Assembly (NCBI GenBank): GCA_965223075.1
Contig: OZ244986.1
Span: 3,116,101-3,180,100, forward strand
Source: Candidatus Marinacidobacterium sp.
Lineage (GTDB): Bacteria; Acidobacteriota; Vicinamibacteria; Marinacidobacterales; Marinacidobacteraceae
Length of the DNA: 64,000 nt
Reading direction: 5' to 3'
In this document: positions 1-9,663 of the stretch, piece by piece
How the letters are laid out: every line of letters begins with the position of its first letter
How positions within the stretch are numbered: position 1 is the first letter of the stretch
Translations under genes and position numbers: made by a program
The notes under the pieces: generated by a model
Told to the model about the DNA's origin: nothing
The model's database searches: none
The model's input: the letters and a program-made list of their open reading frames with translations, nothing else

Positions 1-606
1 ACCCGCGATCTCGGTGAGGGGAAGCGGATTCCAGGCATAGGCGGCCACCAGCAGCGGGTTCCGGCCCCGGCTTCGGAGGAGCGCGATCAGGGCGGCGATC
101 AGGACTGCCTCCGCGAGGAGGAGCGCCGCTTTCAGGATCGTCACGCTGGGCGAGATCCAACCCACCCCGGCCCCGAAGAGCTGGGCGAAAGGCGGGTAGA
201 TGGCGGGCAGCTTCCAGTAGCCGACCCGCTCCCGAAGCTCCGGGTGGGCGGCCGCAAGTTCTGCGAGCGCCGGATCGTCCGGCGGCTGCGCCCAGGGGTC
301 CTTCCCGTCGAGCACCACCTGACCCTCCCACGCCATGCGGTACACGTCGTCCGCGAGCGAAGGAGTCGTCGGCAGCAGGAGCGCCCGGCTCAGCGCCGCC
401 GCCACCAGAACGATCAGGAGGTATCGCCGTCCGGGAGGAATTGCCCCGCGGAGCGCCGCTACAACCACCAGCAGCAGCGGTACGAAGAGCAGGGCGTGGA
501 TCCCGAAGTGCCACCAGAACCCCGCCGCGCTTTCGAGCACGCTGGAAAGGGCGCCCGCCAGAAGGACATGGATACCGCCGAGCGCGGCGAGCCATCGCCA
601 GTTCAC
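1..606 (-). CDS. GT87/DUF2029-like membrane glycosyltransferase, 3' end runs off the window
   Basis: Manual translation of the minus strand from GTG 606: VNWRWLAALGGIHVLLAGALSS...SLADDVYRMAWEG...IYPPFAQ...AYAWNPLPLTEIAG. The DDxYR and WNPL..E motifs are typical of GT-C/GT87. Absent from the ORF track because no stop lies in the window. Confidence 0.7.
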   Translation of the reverse strand, partial: MNWRWLAALGGIHVLLAGALSSVLESAAGFWWHFGIHALLFVPLLLVVVAALRGAIPPGRRYLLIVLVAAALSRALLLPTTPSLADDVYRMAWEGQVVLDGKDPWAQPPDDPALAELAAAHPELRERVGYWKLPAIYPPFAQLFGAGVGWISPSVTILKAALLLAEAVLIAALIALLRSRGRNPLLVAAYAWNPLPLTEIAG

Positions 607-694
607 GCGGCGGGGAGTATGGAACGCCGACCAGTGGCTGTGAGAACGCAGTCGGCCGGGACGCCGACAGTCCGAATGGCGCGCCGGCCAGGGA

Positions 695-900
695 ACACTG
701 GTCTCCGACCGGCATCGCGCGGGAGCGCGAAACCAGCCCCGATGATGCGGCACCCTGCCAACGTGAGTCCCGCAGCCTCTCTCAATCCGGGATGCCCCTG
801 CCGATCACCGCTCCCCTGTCCGGACTCCCCCGCGCCCTTTTTCATGCTGGGCGGGGCGTGCAGCCGGACACAATCATGGGTGTTTCTCCCAATGGTCGGC
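695..900 (+). repeat. Intergenic repeat module B (degenerate REP hairpin plus about 200-bp shared sequence)
   Basis: CGCGCGGGAGCGCGAAACC...CGTGAG...GTGCAGCCGGAC..ATCATG..GTTTCTCCC recurs in reverse at about 3900-4090 and 27170-27320, and partly at 4465-4515. Confidence 0.7.
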
Positions 901-1117
901 GGGCGTCTCGTTGGCGTCCACATTGCGTCCTTGCGTATCGGTCAGCGCGAAGTCTGGGGGATGCCGCACCGGTTCCTCGCTCACCGGCTGAGGCGACGAC
1001 TTGGTCACTTGGTCAGTGACCAACTCGCCACGCCTTCGAGCGACTTGGTCACTGCCGGAGCGGCCAAGTCCGACGAACGCGCTCCGGAACCGTTCTCGGG
1101 AGTCACAATGCACATCG

Positions 1118-2653
1118 TTGTCCCTCGCCGACGCCGTCCTGACGGCCTATTTCGTCGTCCTGCTGCTGCTCTCGATCTACGGCTCCCATCGCTACGTGCT
1201 GGTGTATCGGTTGTCCCGCTATGCGTCCCGGGCCGCGGCGGCCGCCGAACGGATGCGGGTTCGCGGTGCTCCGCTCCTCGAACGCGATCCGCCGCCGGTG
1301 CTCATCCAGCTCCCGGTCTTCAACGAGCGCTACGTCGTCGAGCGGCTGATCCGCGCGGTGGCGGCCCTCGACTATCCGCGGTCGCGCCTCAGCGTGCAGG
1401 TGCTCGATGACTCAACGGACGACACCGGGACGATCGCCGACCGGGTCGTGGAGGAATGCGCGGCCGCCGGGTTGGACATTCGCCGCATCCACCGGACCGA
1501 CCGCCGGGGTTTCAAGGCCGGGGCCCTCCAGGGTGGTCTCGACGCGTCGGACGCGCCCTTCGTCGCCATCTTCGACGCCGATTTCGTGCCCAAGCCCAGC
1601 TTCCTGCAGGAGGCGCTCCCGTATCTCCTCGCCGACGACCGGACCGGTCTCGTCCAGGCTCGCTGGGACCATCTGAACCGCGACTACTCGCTCCTGACCG
1701 ATGTCCAGGCCATCCTTCTGGATGGCCACTTTATGGCCGAACACGGTGGCCGCCACGTCTCGGGGTGCTTTTTCAACTTCAACGGAACCGCGGGAATCTG
1801 GCGGCGGGCGGCGATCGAGGACGCCGGAGGCTGGGAGGGCGACACGCTGACCGAGGATCTCGACCTCTCCTACCGCGCCCAGCTCCGGGGATGGCGCTTC
1901 GTGTTCGTGCCCGAGATCGCGGCCCCGGCCGAGCTTCCGGTTTCCATGAACGCCTTCAAGTCGCAGCAACGCCGCTGGGCCCAGGGATCGCTCCAGACCG
2001 CCCGGAAACTGTTGCCGCAGATCCTGGCCTCCCCCCTGCCGTTCCGCGTCCGGGCGGAGGCGTTCTTCCACCTCACGAGTAACCTTGCCTATCCGCTGAT
2101 GGCGGTGCTGAGCCTGCTCATGGCGCCGGTGCTCTTCGCCCGGGTGAGCACCGGGCTTCGGGAAATGGCGCTCCTCGATATTCCGATCTTCGCCGCCGCC
2201 ACTCTCTCGGTGGTGTCCTTCTATGCCTTCTCCCAAAGCCGGCTGCTCCGGCTCCAGCCGGCGGGTGAACGCCACGGTCTCTGGCGCCGGATTCGGGGCA
2301 TTCCCGTAGCCCTCGCGGTGGGGATCGGCATTTCGTTCAGCAACGGCTCCGCCGTGCTGTCCGGCGTGCTCGGCCGGCGGACCCCGTTCGTCCGGACGCC
2401 GAAGTACGGCATTGCCCAGACGGGTGACAGCTGGCGCGGCAAGTCCTACCGGATGCCCGCCGGCGCCATCCCGGCGCTGGAGTTCGGTCTGGGACTCGTG
2501 ATGGCGGGCGCCACCCTCTACGCCGTCGTCGAAGGAGTGGCGGCCTCGGTGCCCTTCCTCCTGTTGTTTGCGGCGGGCTACCTCTATGTTGGAGGGCGCT
2601 CGCTCCTCGAGTCGCGCCGTTCCGACCCCGGCAAAATTTCGGTGACCGGATGA
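1118..2653 (+). CDS. Glycosyltransferase family 2 (cellulose-synthase-like/CslA type)
   Basis: QLPVFNE, DDS, KAGAL, DAD, TED and QQRRW motifs plus C-terminal TM helices. The in-frame TTG at 1118 is taken as the likely start (ORF track gives 1001). Confidence 0.9.
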   Translation: MSLADAVLTAYFVVLLLLSIYGSHRYVLVYRLSRYASRAAAAAERMRVRGAPLLERDPPPVLIQLPVFNERYVVERLIRAVAALDYPRSRLSVQVLDDSTDDTGTIADRVVEECAAAGLDIRRIHRTDRRGFKAGALQGGLDASDAPFVAIFDADFVPKPSFLQEALPYLLADDRTGLVQARWDHLNRDYSLLTDVQAILLDGHFMAEHGGRHVSGCFFNFNGTAGIWRRAAIEDAGGWEGDTLTEDLDLSYRAQLRGWRFVFVPEIAAPAELPVSMNAFKSQQRRWAQGSLQTARKLLPQILASPLPFRVRAEAFFHLTSNLAYPLMAVLSLLMAPVLFARVSTGLREMALLDIPIFAAATLSVVSFYAFSQSRLLRLQPAGERHGLWRRIRGIPVALAVGIGISFSNGSAVLSGVLGRRTPFVRTPKYGIAQTGDSWRGKSYRMPAGAIPALEFGLGLVMAGATLYAVVEGVAASVPFLLLFAAGYLYVGGRSLLESRRSDPGKISVTG

Positions 2654-3237
2654 ACGCCCTGTCCGAGCGCGCCCTTTTCTTCGGGGCCGGGCTGGTGTTC
2701 GGGGTCCTGGTCGGATTCCTGGTTTCCGGGTCTTCCGGGCCGCAGCCGCCTCGGGCGCCGCCTCCGGCGCCGGAGCCGGCGCCGGAAGTGGCCTCAGCTC
2801 CCGAGGCGCGACCCGTGAACCCGGATGCCCTGGAGGCTCTCCTCGACGCCGTTGAAGCCCGGCCCGAGGATCCGGCGGCGCGCGCCGCGGTCGGAGAGCT
2901 GTACCTGGACGCGCGGGATTTCAGTGAAGCGGTGTACTGGCTCCAGCAGGCGCGAAACCTCGATCCGTCGGATCTCGACATCCGCAGCCGCGTGGCGTTT
3001 GCCCAGCTCGGGGTCGGGAACGTGGCCGCGGCCGTCGCGGCCTACGAGCGCGTGCTGGAAGAAGACCCGGAACACTTCGAGAGCCTGGTCGCCCTCGGCC
3101 AGGTGCGCCTCTTTGCCGAACAGGATCTGGAAGCCGGCATCGAGCTCTGGGAGCGGGCGATCGCCGCGCAACCGGATTCACCCGAAGCCGCGGCGCTGCG
3201 GGCCCAGATCGAGTCGCTGCGGTCCGCGCATCCGTAG
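2650..3237 (+). CDS. Membrane-anchored tetratricopeptide repeat protein
   Basis: N-terminal TM helix, Pro-rich linker and TPR-like helical repeats. Overlaps the GT2 stop (ATGA). Confidence 0.8.
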   Translation: MNALSERALFFGAGLVFGVLVGFLVSGSSGPQPPRAPPPAPEPAPEVASAPEARPVNPDALEALLDAVEARPEDPAARAAVGELYLDARDFSEAVYWLQQARNLDPSDLDIRSRVAFAQLGVGNVAAAVAAYERVLEEDPEHFESLVALGQVRLFAEQDLEAGIELWERAIAAQPDSPEAAALRAQIESLRSAHP

Positions 3238-3308
3238 GGAGCCTCCTTAACCCGGGCGGCGGCTGCCTTGCGGGGTGCGCGGCTGACTAAGATCAGGTTG
3301 CGGTCGTG

Positions 3309-3551
3309 ATGCGTTTCCTGCAGATCCTTCTCGCCCTGGTTGCAGCCCGGGTGGTGTGGAGGCTCGTCCGGGCGCTCTTCAGCAAGCCTCAAAAACCGGT
3401 TCCCCCGGCGGGGACCGGGACGGCCGAGCAGCGGGGGCGCGTGGTGGGATGTGATCGATGCGATCTCCACGTTCCCGAGGAGCGGGCGGTGGTTCGGGAC
3501 GGCCGGACGTTTTGTTCGGCGGAGTGTGCGGATTCGGGGGTCCCGGGTTAG
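3309..3551 (+). CDS. Small PP0621-like protein with Cys motif
   Basis: Hydrophobic N-terminus, then CDRCDLHVPEERA...FCSAEC. Confidence 0.7.
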   Translation: MRFLQILLALVAARVVWRLVRALFSKPQKPVPPAGTGTAEQRGRVVGCDRCDLHVPEERAVVRDGRTFCSAECADSGVPG

Positions 3552-3609
3552 CCGGGACGGTGGCGCTGCTTGCAACGTCCGGCTGGCACGTGGAAAACTG
3601 CTGGCTGTG

Positions 3610-3848
3610 ATGACCCGTAACGGGACGAATATCCCGGTGATCAACGCCGTGATCCTGGACGGCGACACTTTGTTCGTCGCGGAGTGCCTGGAGGTTGCCG
3701 TCGTCACGCAGGGCAAGACGCTGGACGAAACGCTCAGGAACCTCAGAGACGCTCTGAAGCTTCATCTTGATCACGACGAACGCGCCTCGGTCTTCCTTCC
3801 GAGCCGCGGCTGGCCGTGAGATATGAAACGACGGCCTTCACGGCCTGA
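3610..3848 (+). pseudogene. HicB-family antitoxin-like gene, frameshifted near 3785
   Basis: FVAECLEVAVVTQGKTLDETLRNLRDALKLHL is HicB-like. A plausible tail (LGLPSEPRLAVRYETTAFTA*) continues in a shifted frame to TGA 3846-3848. Confidence 0.6.
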
Positions 3849-3889
3849 TTCCCCGCTTTCTCCGCTCGGTTCTCCCGTTGGGGCTCCGG

Positions 3890-4515
3890 CTGAACTGCCC
3901 CGACCGGGAGAAACCTTCGTGATCGGGCCGGCTTGCGCTCTCCCCTCGTCATGAGAAAGGCGCGGCTCCGGGCACCAGGAGCGGTGAGCGCTCGCGCCAT
4001 GCGGGGTTGGTTCAGAGCGTGGCGCTCACGTTGGTATGGCGCGGAGTCATCGGCGCGGGTTTCGCTCTCCCGCGCGATGCCGACCAGAGGTCGGCCCAGT
4101 TGCTGTGAAAACGGAGGTCCCACGGGTACGCCACCAATTGGGATGGCGTATGGGCAAGGGAACGCCGACCTCCGGTCGGCACAGCGGCCCGCAGGGCCGC
4201 GGGCGGTTCCTTGCCGTCCGCCCTTGCGGGGCGCGGGCACGGGCCCCGCAGCGCTGCGAACGGTGTCTGCCACTCCAATGGATGGATCACGCCGAACGCT
4301 GGGATTCTCGGCGAGAAGGGGCCACCTCGGAACGGGGGGTCCTTCCCGCCGCCCGCCTTCGGCGGGCTGTGCCGACCGGAGGTCGGCGTTCCCGTGCGTG
4401 CACGTCACTCCGCCTGGTGGCTTGGGTGCCGAGATTTGCACCATCCCGGAGCTGCACTTTCATGCCCGACGGGGTGTGCAGGCGGACCCGATCATGGAGG
4501 TTTCTCCCGGTGGGG
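3890..4515. repeat. Composite REP/REPIN-like cluster
   Basis: GGAACGCCGACCTCCGGTCGGCAC at 4159-4182 and its reverse complement at 4369-4392 bracket a ~190-bp core that recurs inverted at about 26960-27160. Module B copies flank it. Confidence 0.8.
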
Positions 4516-6215
4516 GCTCCCTTGCCGGCCCGCTGTCCCGACGGTTGACGTCTCTTTCACAGCTACCGCCCCGGGCTGGCGCTGGGGTGCTGCTGTTGGC
4601 GTTTTTCGCGACCGCGTCCGCATCCGTATCCGCTCAGATAGTGCTTCGGGACGTGGCAATGGAGGCCGGTCTCTCCTTCCAGCACCAGCGGGGGGCCCGG
4701 GGCGACTGGCATCCGGTCGAGACCATGGGGTCCGGGGTGGCGGTACTCGACTACGACGGTGACGGGACGCCCGACCTCTTTTTCGTGCAGGGCGGGGAAG
4801 TGCCGGGAACGGGCCAGCCGCCGGGACCGGCCGGCGCCCTGTACCGCAACGAAGGCGAGGGACGTTTTCGGGACGTAAGCAACTCCGCGGGGTTTGGAAA
4901 ACTGGCCCCCGCCGAGGGATTCGGCATGGGTGCGGTGGCCGCCGATTACGACAACGACGGGGACGCCGACCTGCTGGTGACGCGCGCGGGAACGGACCTT
5001 CTCTACGAGAATCGGGGAGACGGGACCTTCGGGCTCCGGGACGCCGGACTCGTGGCGGCGGGCTGGAGCGCCAGCGCCGCTTTTTCCGACCTCGACGGGG
5101 ACGGCGACCTTGATCTCTTCGTGACGCACTACCTCGACTGGTCCCCGGCGCACAACCCCGTGTGTGCGCGAACGATTTCCGGCGAGCAGGTCCGGTCCTA
5201 TTGCCTCCCCGACGCCTTCTCCGGGGTGCCGGATCTGCTCTACGAAAACCGCGGCGACGGCTCGTTCCGCGACGTTTCCGAGGCCGCCGGAGTGGCGCTC
5301 CTGACCGGCAAGGGACTCGGCGTCCTCGCCGCCGACCTGATCGGGGATCCGCTTCCCGACCTCTACGTCGCGAACGACACGGTCCCCAACTTCCTCTTCG
5401 AAAACCTGGGTGGACTCCGTTTCCGGGAACGGGGCCTGCTGGCCGGCCTCGCCTACGACGGAGACGGGAACGCGTTGGCCGGGATGGGGATCGCGGCGGC
5501 GGATATCGAATCCGATGGGGACCTCGACCTGTTTGTCACGAACTTCCAGGGCGAAGCGAACAACCTCTACGTTTCCGACCGGCACGGTGTGTTTCGGGAC
5601 GTTTCCTTTCTTTCCGGAGTGGGGCGGCCGTCCCTCGACTGGCTGGGCTTCGGCGCCGTGTTCGCGGACCTCGACAACGACGCCGCGCCGGACCTCTGCG
5701 TCACGAACGGGCACGTGCTCGACAATGCGCCGCTTCTCTATCCCGGAACGGACTACCGCCAGCGGGACGTCTGCTTCCGAAATCTGGGCGGCTCGTTCGA
5801 ACCGGTGCTGCTGGAGATGCCGCCGGCCGTCGGCCGGGGCCTGGTGGCGGCCGACTTCGACGGGGATGGCCTGCTCGACCTCGCGGTCTCTCGCTCGGGT
5901 GGGCCTGCTGCGCTGCTCAGAAACGGCGGGGACCCGGCTCCGCGGGCCGTCCTTCGACTGGTGGGACGGACGTCCAACCGCGACGGCGTCGGCGCCGAGG
6001 TGGTGGTGGAGCGGGCCGGTAAGCCGCAGCGCGCCGTGGTCACCGCCGGGTCGAGTTACCTGTCGTCCGGCGCGCGCGAGGTGTGGATCGGTCTTGCCCC
6101 CGGAGTGCCCGACTCGGTTAGGGTGCGCTGGCCGACGGGAGTCGAACAGGTGGTTCCGGTAGACGGGGCGGGCGTGTTCCGCGTCGTGGAGGAGACCCCC
6201 CCGCCGGGCGACTAG
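4494..6215 (+). CDS. CRTAC1-family protein (FG-GAP/VCBS repeats plus ASPIC/UnbV domain)
   Basis: Repeated DYDGDG/DYDNDG/DLDGDG motifs, ETMGSG, NFQGEAN and a C-terminal GSSYLS...VRWP..G. The start is uncertain because the first 187 codons of the track ORF lie in repeat DNA. Confidence 0.9.
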   Translation: MEVSPGGGSLAGPLSRRLTSLSQLPPRAGAGVLLLAFFATASASVSAQIVLRDVAMEAGLSFQHQRGARGDWHPVETMGSGVAVLDYDGDGTPDLFFVQGGEVPGTGQPPGPAGALYRNEGEGRFRDVSNSAGFGKLAPAEGFGMGAVAADYDNDGDADLLVTRAGTDLLYENRGDGTFGLRDAGLVAAGWSASAAFSDLDGDGDLDLFVTHYLDWSPAHNPVCARTISGEQVRSYCLPDAFSGVPDLLYENRGDGSFRDVSEAAGVALLTGKGLGVLAADLIGDPLPDLYVANDTVPNFLFENLGGLRFRERGLLAGLAYDGDGNALAGMGIAAADIESDGDLDLFVTNFQGEANNLYVSDRHGVFRDVSFLSGVGRPSLDWLGFGAVFADLDNDAAPDLCVTNGHVLDNAPLLYPGTDYRQRDVCFRNLGGSFEPVLLEMPPAVGRGLVAADFDGDGLLDLAVSRSGGPAALLRNGGDPAPRAVLRLVGRTSNRDGVGAEVVVERAGKPQRAVVTAGSSYLSSGAREVWIGLAPGVPDSVRVRWPTGVEQVVPVDGAGVFRVVEETPPPGD

Positions 6216-6230
6216 CCAAGGGAGAAAACG

Positions 6231-7283
6231 ATGCGCTCAGGGCGACTCATTCAGGCGGTGGATCTGCACGCCGCCGGCGAGCCCGGCCGGGTGATCGTCG
6301 GAGGTGTCCTCGACGTGCCCGGCGAGACCATGTTCCAGAAGATGCAGTACCTGGAGCGCCATGCCGACGGCCTCCGCAAACTCATGCTCCGGGAGCCCCG
6401 GGGCTATCCGGCGGCCAACTGCAACCTGGTGTTGCCTCCGACGCATCCCGATGCGGACGCCGGTTTCGTGATCATGGAGCAGACCGAGTACCCGCCGATG
6501 TCGGGGACGAACACCATCTGCACCGTCACCGCGCTCATCGAGACCGGCATGGTGCCCGCGGTCGAGCCGGTGACCGAACTCACGCTGGAGACCCCGGCGG
6601 GACTCATCCAGGTGCAGGCAAGCGTCGAGGGGGGGAAGGTGACCCGGGTGACCTTCGAGAATGTTCCCGCCTTCCCCGTCCACCTCGGAGCGAAGGTCGA
6701 GGCGCCGACGCTGGGCGAGTTCGAAGTGGACGTTTGTTGGGGTGGCATGTTCTACGCGATCGCCGACGCTGCGCGCTTCGGACTCCGCATCGCTCCTGAA
6801 CACGGGCGCGAACTGGCCAGGGTCGGGACGATGGTCAAGCAAGCGGCGCGCGAACAGCTCGAAGCCGTCCATCCGGAAAACCCCGAGATCCGTCAGGCCA
6901 GCATCGGGCAGCTCACCGGGCCCTTCGATCGGGAGACCCGGACCGCCGCGAACGCGGTGGCGGTTGCCGTGGGCGACCTCGACTGGAATCGTCCCGAGAC
7001 CTGGACCGGAGCGCTCGACCGCTCCCCCTGCGGGACAGGGACTTCCGCCCGGATGGCGACGCTCCATGCGCGCGGCCTGCTTGGGATCGGCGAGGACTTC
7101 CATCACTTCGGCCCGGTGGGGACCGAGTTCGTGGGGCGCCTGATCCGGACCACGACGGTGGGCGGAGTGCCGGCGGTCGTTCCGACGATCAGCGGGACCG
7201 CCTGGATCACGGGGATCGCCCAGTACTCCGTGGATCCGTCGGATCCGTTCCCGGAGGGGTTTACGGTCGGGGACATCTGGTAG
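6231..7283 (+). CDS. Proline racemase family protein (Ser/Cys active-site pair)
   Basis: HAAGEP, LMLREPRG, PPMSGTN and DRSPCGTGTSARMA motifs. Confidence 0.9.
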   Translation: MRSGRLIQAVDLHAAGEPGRVIVGGVLDVPGETMFQKMQYLERHADGLRKLMLREPRGYPAANCNLVLPPTHPDADAGFVIMEQTEYPPMSGTNTICTVTALIETGMVPAVEPVTELTLETPAGLIQVQASVEGGKVTRVTFENVPAFPVHLGAKVEAPTLGEFEVDVCWGGMFYAIADAARFGLRIAPEHGRELARVGTMVKQAAREQLEAVHPENPEIRQASIGQLTGPFDRETRTAANAVAVAVGDLDWNRPETWTGALDRSPCGTGTSARMATLHARGLLGIGEDFHHFGPVGTEFVGRLIRTTTVGGVPAVVPTISGTAWITGIAQYSVDPSDPFPEGFTVGDIW

Positions 7284-7374
7284 CGGGGAGGCCTGGAAGA
7301 GTTCGGCGTCACACGCTGGGATGGGGCGGCGGGCGCCACGCGGGTGGACGAGCTGGCTTTCGCTGGCCTCCGGC

Positions 7375-7552
7375 CAGCGGTGCCGATCTGAAGGCCCCCA
7401 CCGGGAGAACTGGCCGGCGTTCCCAACCTGCGGGCCGCGGTGCCGGCCGGAAGACCGGCGCTCCAGGCCGTCCCCGCGCTTTCGCTCCGTTGGCAGCGCG
7501 CGTTTCCCGCACCTGCGGGCCGCGATGCAGGTGTGAACTCCGGCGCTCCCCG
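7375..7552 (-). repeat. REP-like hairpin cluster, one copy carrying the 15-bp insert
   Basis: Hairpins at about 7380-7424 (with GGCC-CCCACCGGGAGAACT-GGCC at 7393-7415), at 7440-7464, and a degenerate copy at about 7525-7552. Confidence 0.8.
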
Positions 7553-7605
7553 ACTAAAATCGCCTGTTACCCATCGAGGTAGTAGCAGGAGGGTTCTCCA
7601 CGGCC

Positions 7606-9663
7606 ATGGTAAAGATGATTCGTTTCTCCTCCGGCAGGCTTTCTGACCGGCCCTTGTTCCTTGGTGCGCTGGTGTGCGCCGGGACTGTGCTCGCCGCGTC
7701 CGCCGCGGCGCAGGAACCCGCGGAACTCGTGGTGGATCCGCCGGAACTGACGCTTGAGGTCGGGAAGACCGCCCAGCTCACCGCGACCGTCAAGGACGGC
7801 GACGGAAACACGCTCGAGCGCGGCGTGGTCTTCTTCTCCCGCGCCCGACGCTACGTCGGGGTGAACCCCGCGGGGATGGTGGAAGCCCATCGGCCGGGGG
7901 ACCAGACCCTGATCGCGATGGTGCCGAGAGAACCCGGCGCCATGGACCGGCGCGCCGAGCCGGCGCTCATGGTCGAGATCCCGGTGCGGGTTCCGTGGCC
8001 GCCCCTCGCGAGCGTCGAGATCGCGGCGCTCCCGGCAAACCTCTACGCCGGCACTTCGTTCCGGGTCAGCGCTCTCGCCCAGGATACTTCCGGCGCTGAG
8101 CGCAAGCCCGGCTTCGAGTGGTCCTCGAGCGACTCTTCGGTGGCGACCGTCAGCGAGCACGGAGTGCTCATGCTGCACGGCGAAGGCTCCGCGACGATCT
8201 CGGCGAGCGCCGAATCGGTGAGCGGCGAGGCGGCGATCTCGGTGAGCGCCAACCCGGCGGTCCGCCTCGACGTCTCCGCGGGCGAAGACGAGGTGCGGAC
8301 CGGCGACGTGGTCTGGTTCAGCGCCCGCGCCCTCGACGCGAGCGGCAACGAAGTCCCGGACTATCCCCTGCAGTACGCGGTCTCCACCCGCACGCCCGAC
8401 ACCCTGGTGGCGCCCGGTGCGGCCGCCTTCGTGGAGCCGGACGGCGCCTTCGTGGCCGAGCGTCCGGGGCTCCACACGGTGGTGGTCTCCGCGGGATCCC
8501 TCACCGCGCGGGAGACGATCCGCGCTACTCCCCGCAACGTGAAGAAGGACTGGGAGGTCGTGGGCCGCGGGCCCGTCCGCGACCGGCACACCTCGGATCT
8601 GTGGGTCTGGGAAGGCGTCGACGGACGTGACTACGCGATCACCGGGACCTGGGGCGCCGACGGGCACGCCTACTTCTGGGACGTGAGCGATCCGTCGAGC
8701 ATCCACCTGGTGGACACCGTCCGGGTGGACGCCCGCACGGTCAACGACGTCAAGGTCTCGCCGGACGGGAAGTTCGCGGTCATCAGCCGCGAGGGAGCCT
8801 CGAACCGGAAGAACGGCCTGGTCGTGCTCAATGTCGAGAACCCCACGGACGGGGTGAAGATCATCGCGCGCTACGACGACCAGATGAGCGGCGGCGTCCA
8901 CAACGTGTTCGTGGCCGAGAGCCACATCCTGGCCCTGTCCGCCGGGCGCCGCTACGACATCCTGAACGCCGAGGATCCGACGAACCCCTACCGGGTCGGA
9001 CGCTTCGAGCTGGACACCCCGGGTCACGGCATCCACGACGTCTGGGTGCAGGACGGCATCGCCTGGTCCTCGAACTGGACCGACGGTGTGGTTGCGGTGG
9101 ACATCGGCGGGGGAGACCTCGGCGGCGCCCCGAACGACCCGAAGATGATGGGGAGCTTCAAGTACCCGAATGGCTGGAACCACGCGGGCTTCCCCTACCG
9201 GAGCCAGTCCACCGGCAAGTTGATGGTGTTCGCCGGGGACGAAAGCTTCCCCTGGAGCTTCGACCCCGACGGGAAGCTTCCCGACCGGGCCGCCGGCTGG
9301 ATTCACATCGCCGAGTGGGACGAGGACGGTGGGGAAGGCCGGGAAGTGGCCCGCTACCAGGTGCCCGAGGCCGGCAGCCACAACCTCTGGGTAGAGGACG
9401 ACATCCTCTACGTCGGTTACTACAACGGCGGCCTCCGGGTGGTGGACATTTCGGGCGACCTGCGCGGCGACCTCTATCAGCAGGGCCGGGAGATCGCTTT
9501 CTTCGAGCCGGCCGATCCCGACGGCTACAAGCGGAACGCTCCCTTCGTCTGGGGTCCCCAGCCCTTCAAGGACACCATCTTCTTCACCGACTTCAACTCG
9601 GGGCTTTGGGCGGTCAAGCTCGTCGATCCCGAAACGCCGCGCAACATGGGAGAACCCAACTGA
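7606..9663 (+). CDS. Secreted Ig-like (Big_2-like) plus LVIVD-repeat beta-propeller protein, paralogue 1
   Basis: Signal peptide ending AAAQ, Ig-like TPxxxTLEVG/ATV segments, and LVIVD-like blades (LVVLNVENP, LRVVDISG). Confidence 0.85.
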   Translation: MVKMIRFSSGRLSDRPLFLGALVCAGTVLAASAAAQEPAELVVDPPELTLEVGKTAQLTATVKDGDGNTLERGVVFFSRARRYVGVNPAGMVEAHRPGDQTLIAMVPREPGAMDRRAEPALMVEIPVRVPWPPLASVEIAALPANLYAGTSFRVSALAQDTSGAERKPGFEWSSSDSSVATVSEHGVLMLHGEGSATISASAESVSGEAAISVSANPAVRLDVSAGEDEVRTGDVVWFSARALDASGNEVPDYPLQYAVSTRTPDTLVAPGAAAFVEPDGAFVAERPGLHTVVVSAGSLTARETIRATPRNVKKDWEVVGRGPVRDRHTSDLWVWEGVDGRDYAITGTWGADGHAYFWDVSDPSSIHLVDTVRVDARTVNDVKVSPDGKFAVISREGASNRKNGLVVLNVENPTDGVKIIARYDDQMSGGVHNVFVAESHILALSAGRRYDILNAEDPTNPYRVGRFELDTPGHGIHDVWVQDGIAWSSNWTDGVVAVDIGGGDLGGAPNDPKMMGSFKYPNGWNHAGFPYRSQSTGKLMVFAGDESFPWSFDPDGKLPDRAAGWIHIAEWDEDGGEGREVARYQVPEAGSHNLWVEDDILYVGYYNGGLRVVDISGDLRGDLYQQGREIAFFEPADPDGYKRNAPFVWGPQPFKDTIFFTDFNSGLWAVKLVDPETPRNMGEPN

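Noticed and set aside
3933-4493. 187-aa N-terminal extension of the CRTAC1 ORF
   Set aside because: It lies entirely in REP/repeat DNA; stop-free frames are common at this GC content, and a signal-like segment follows 4494.
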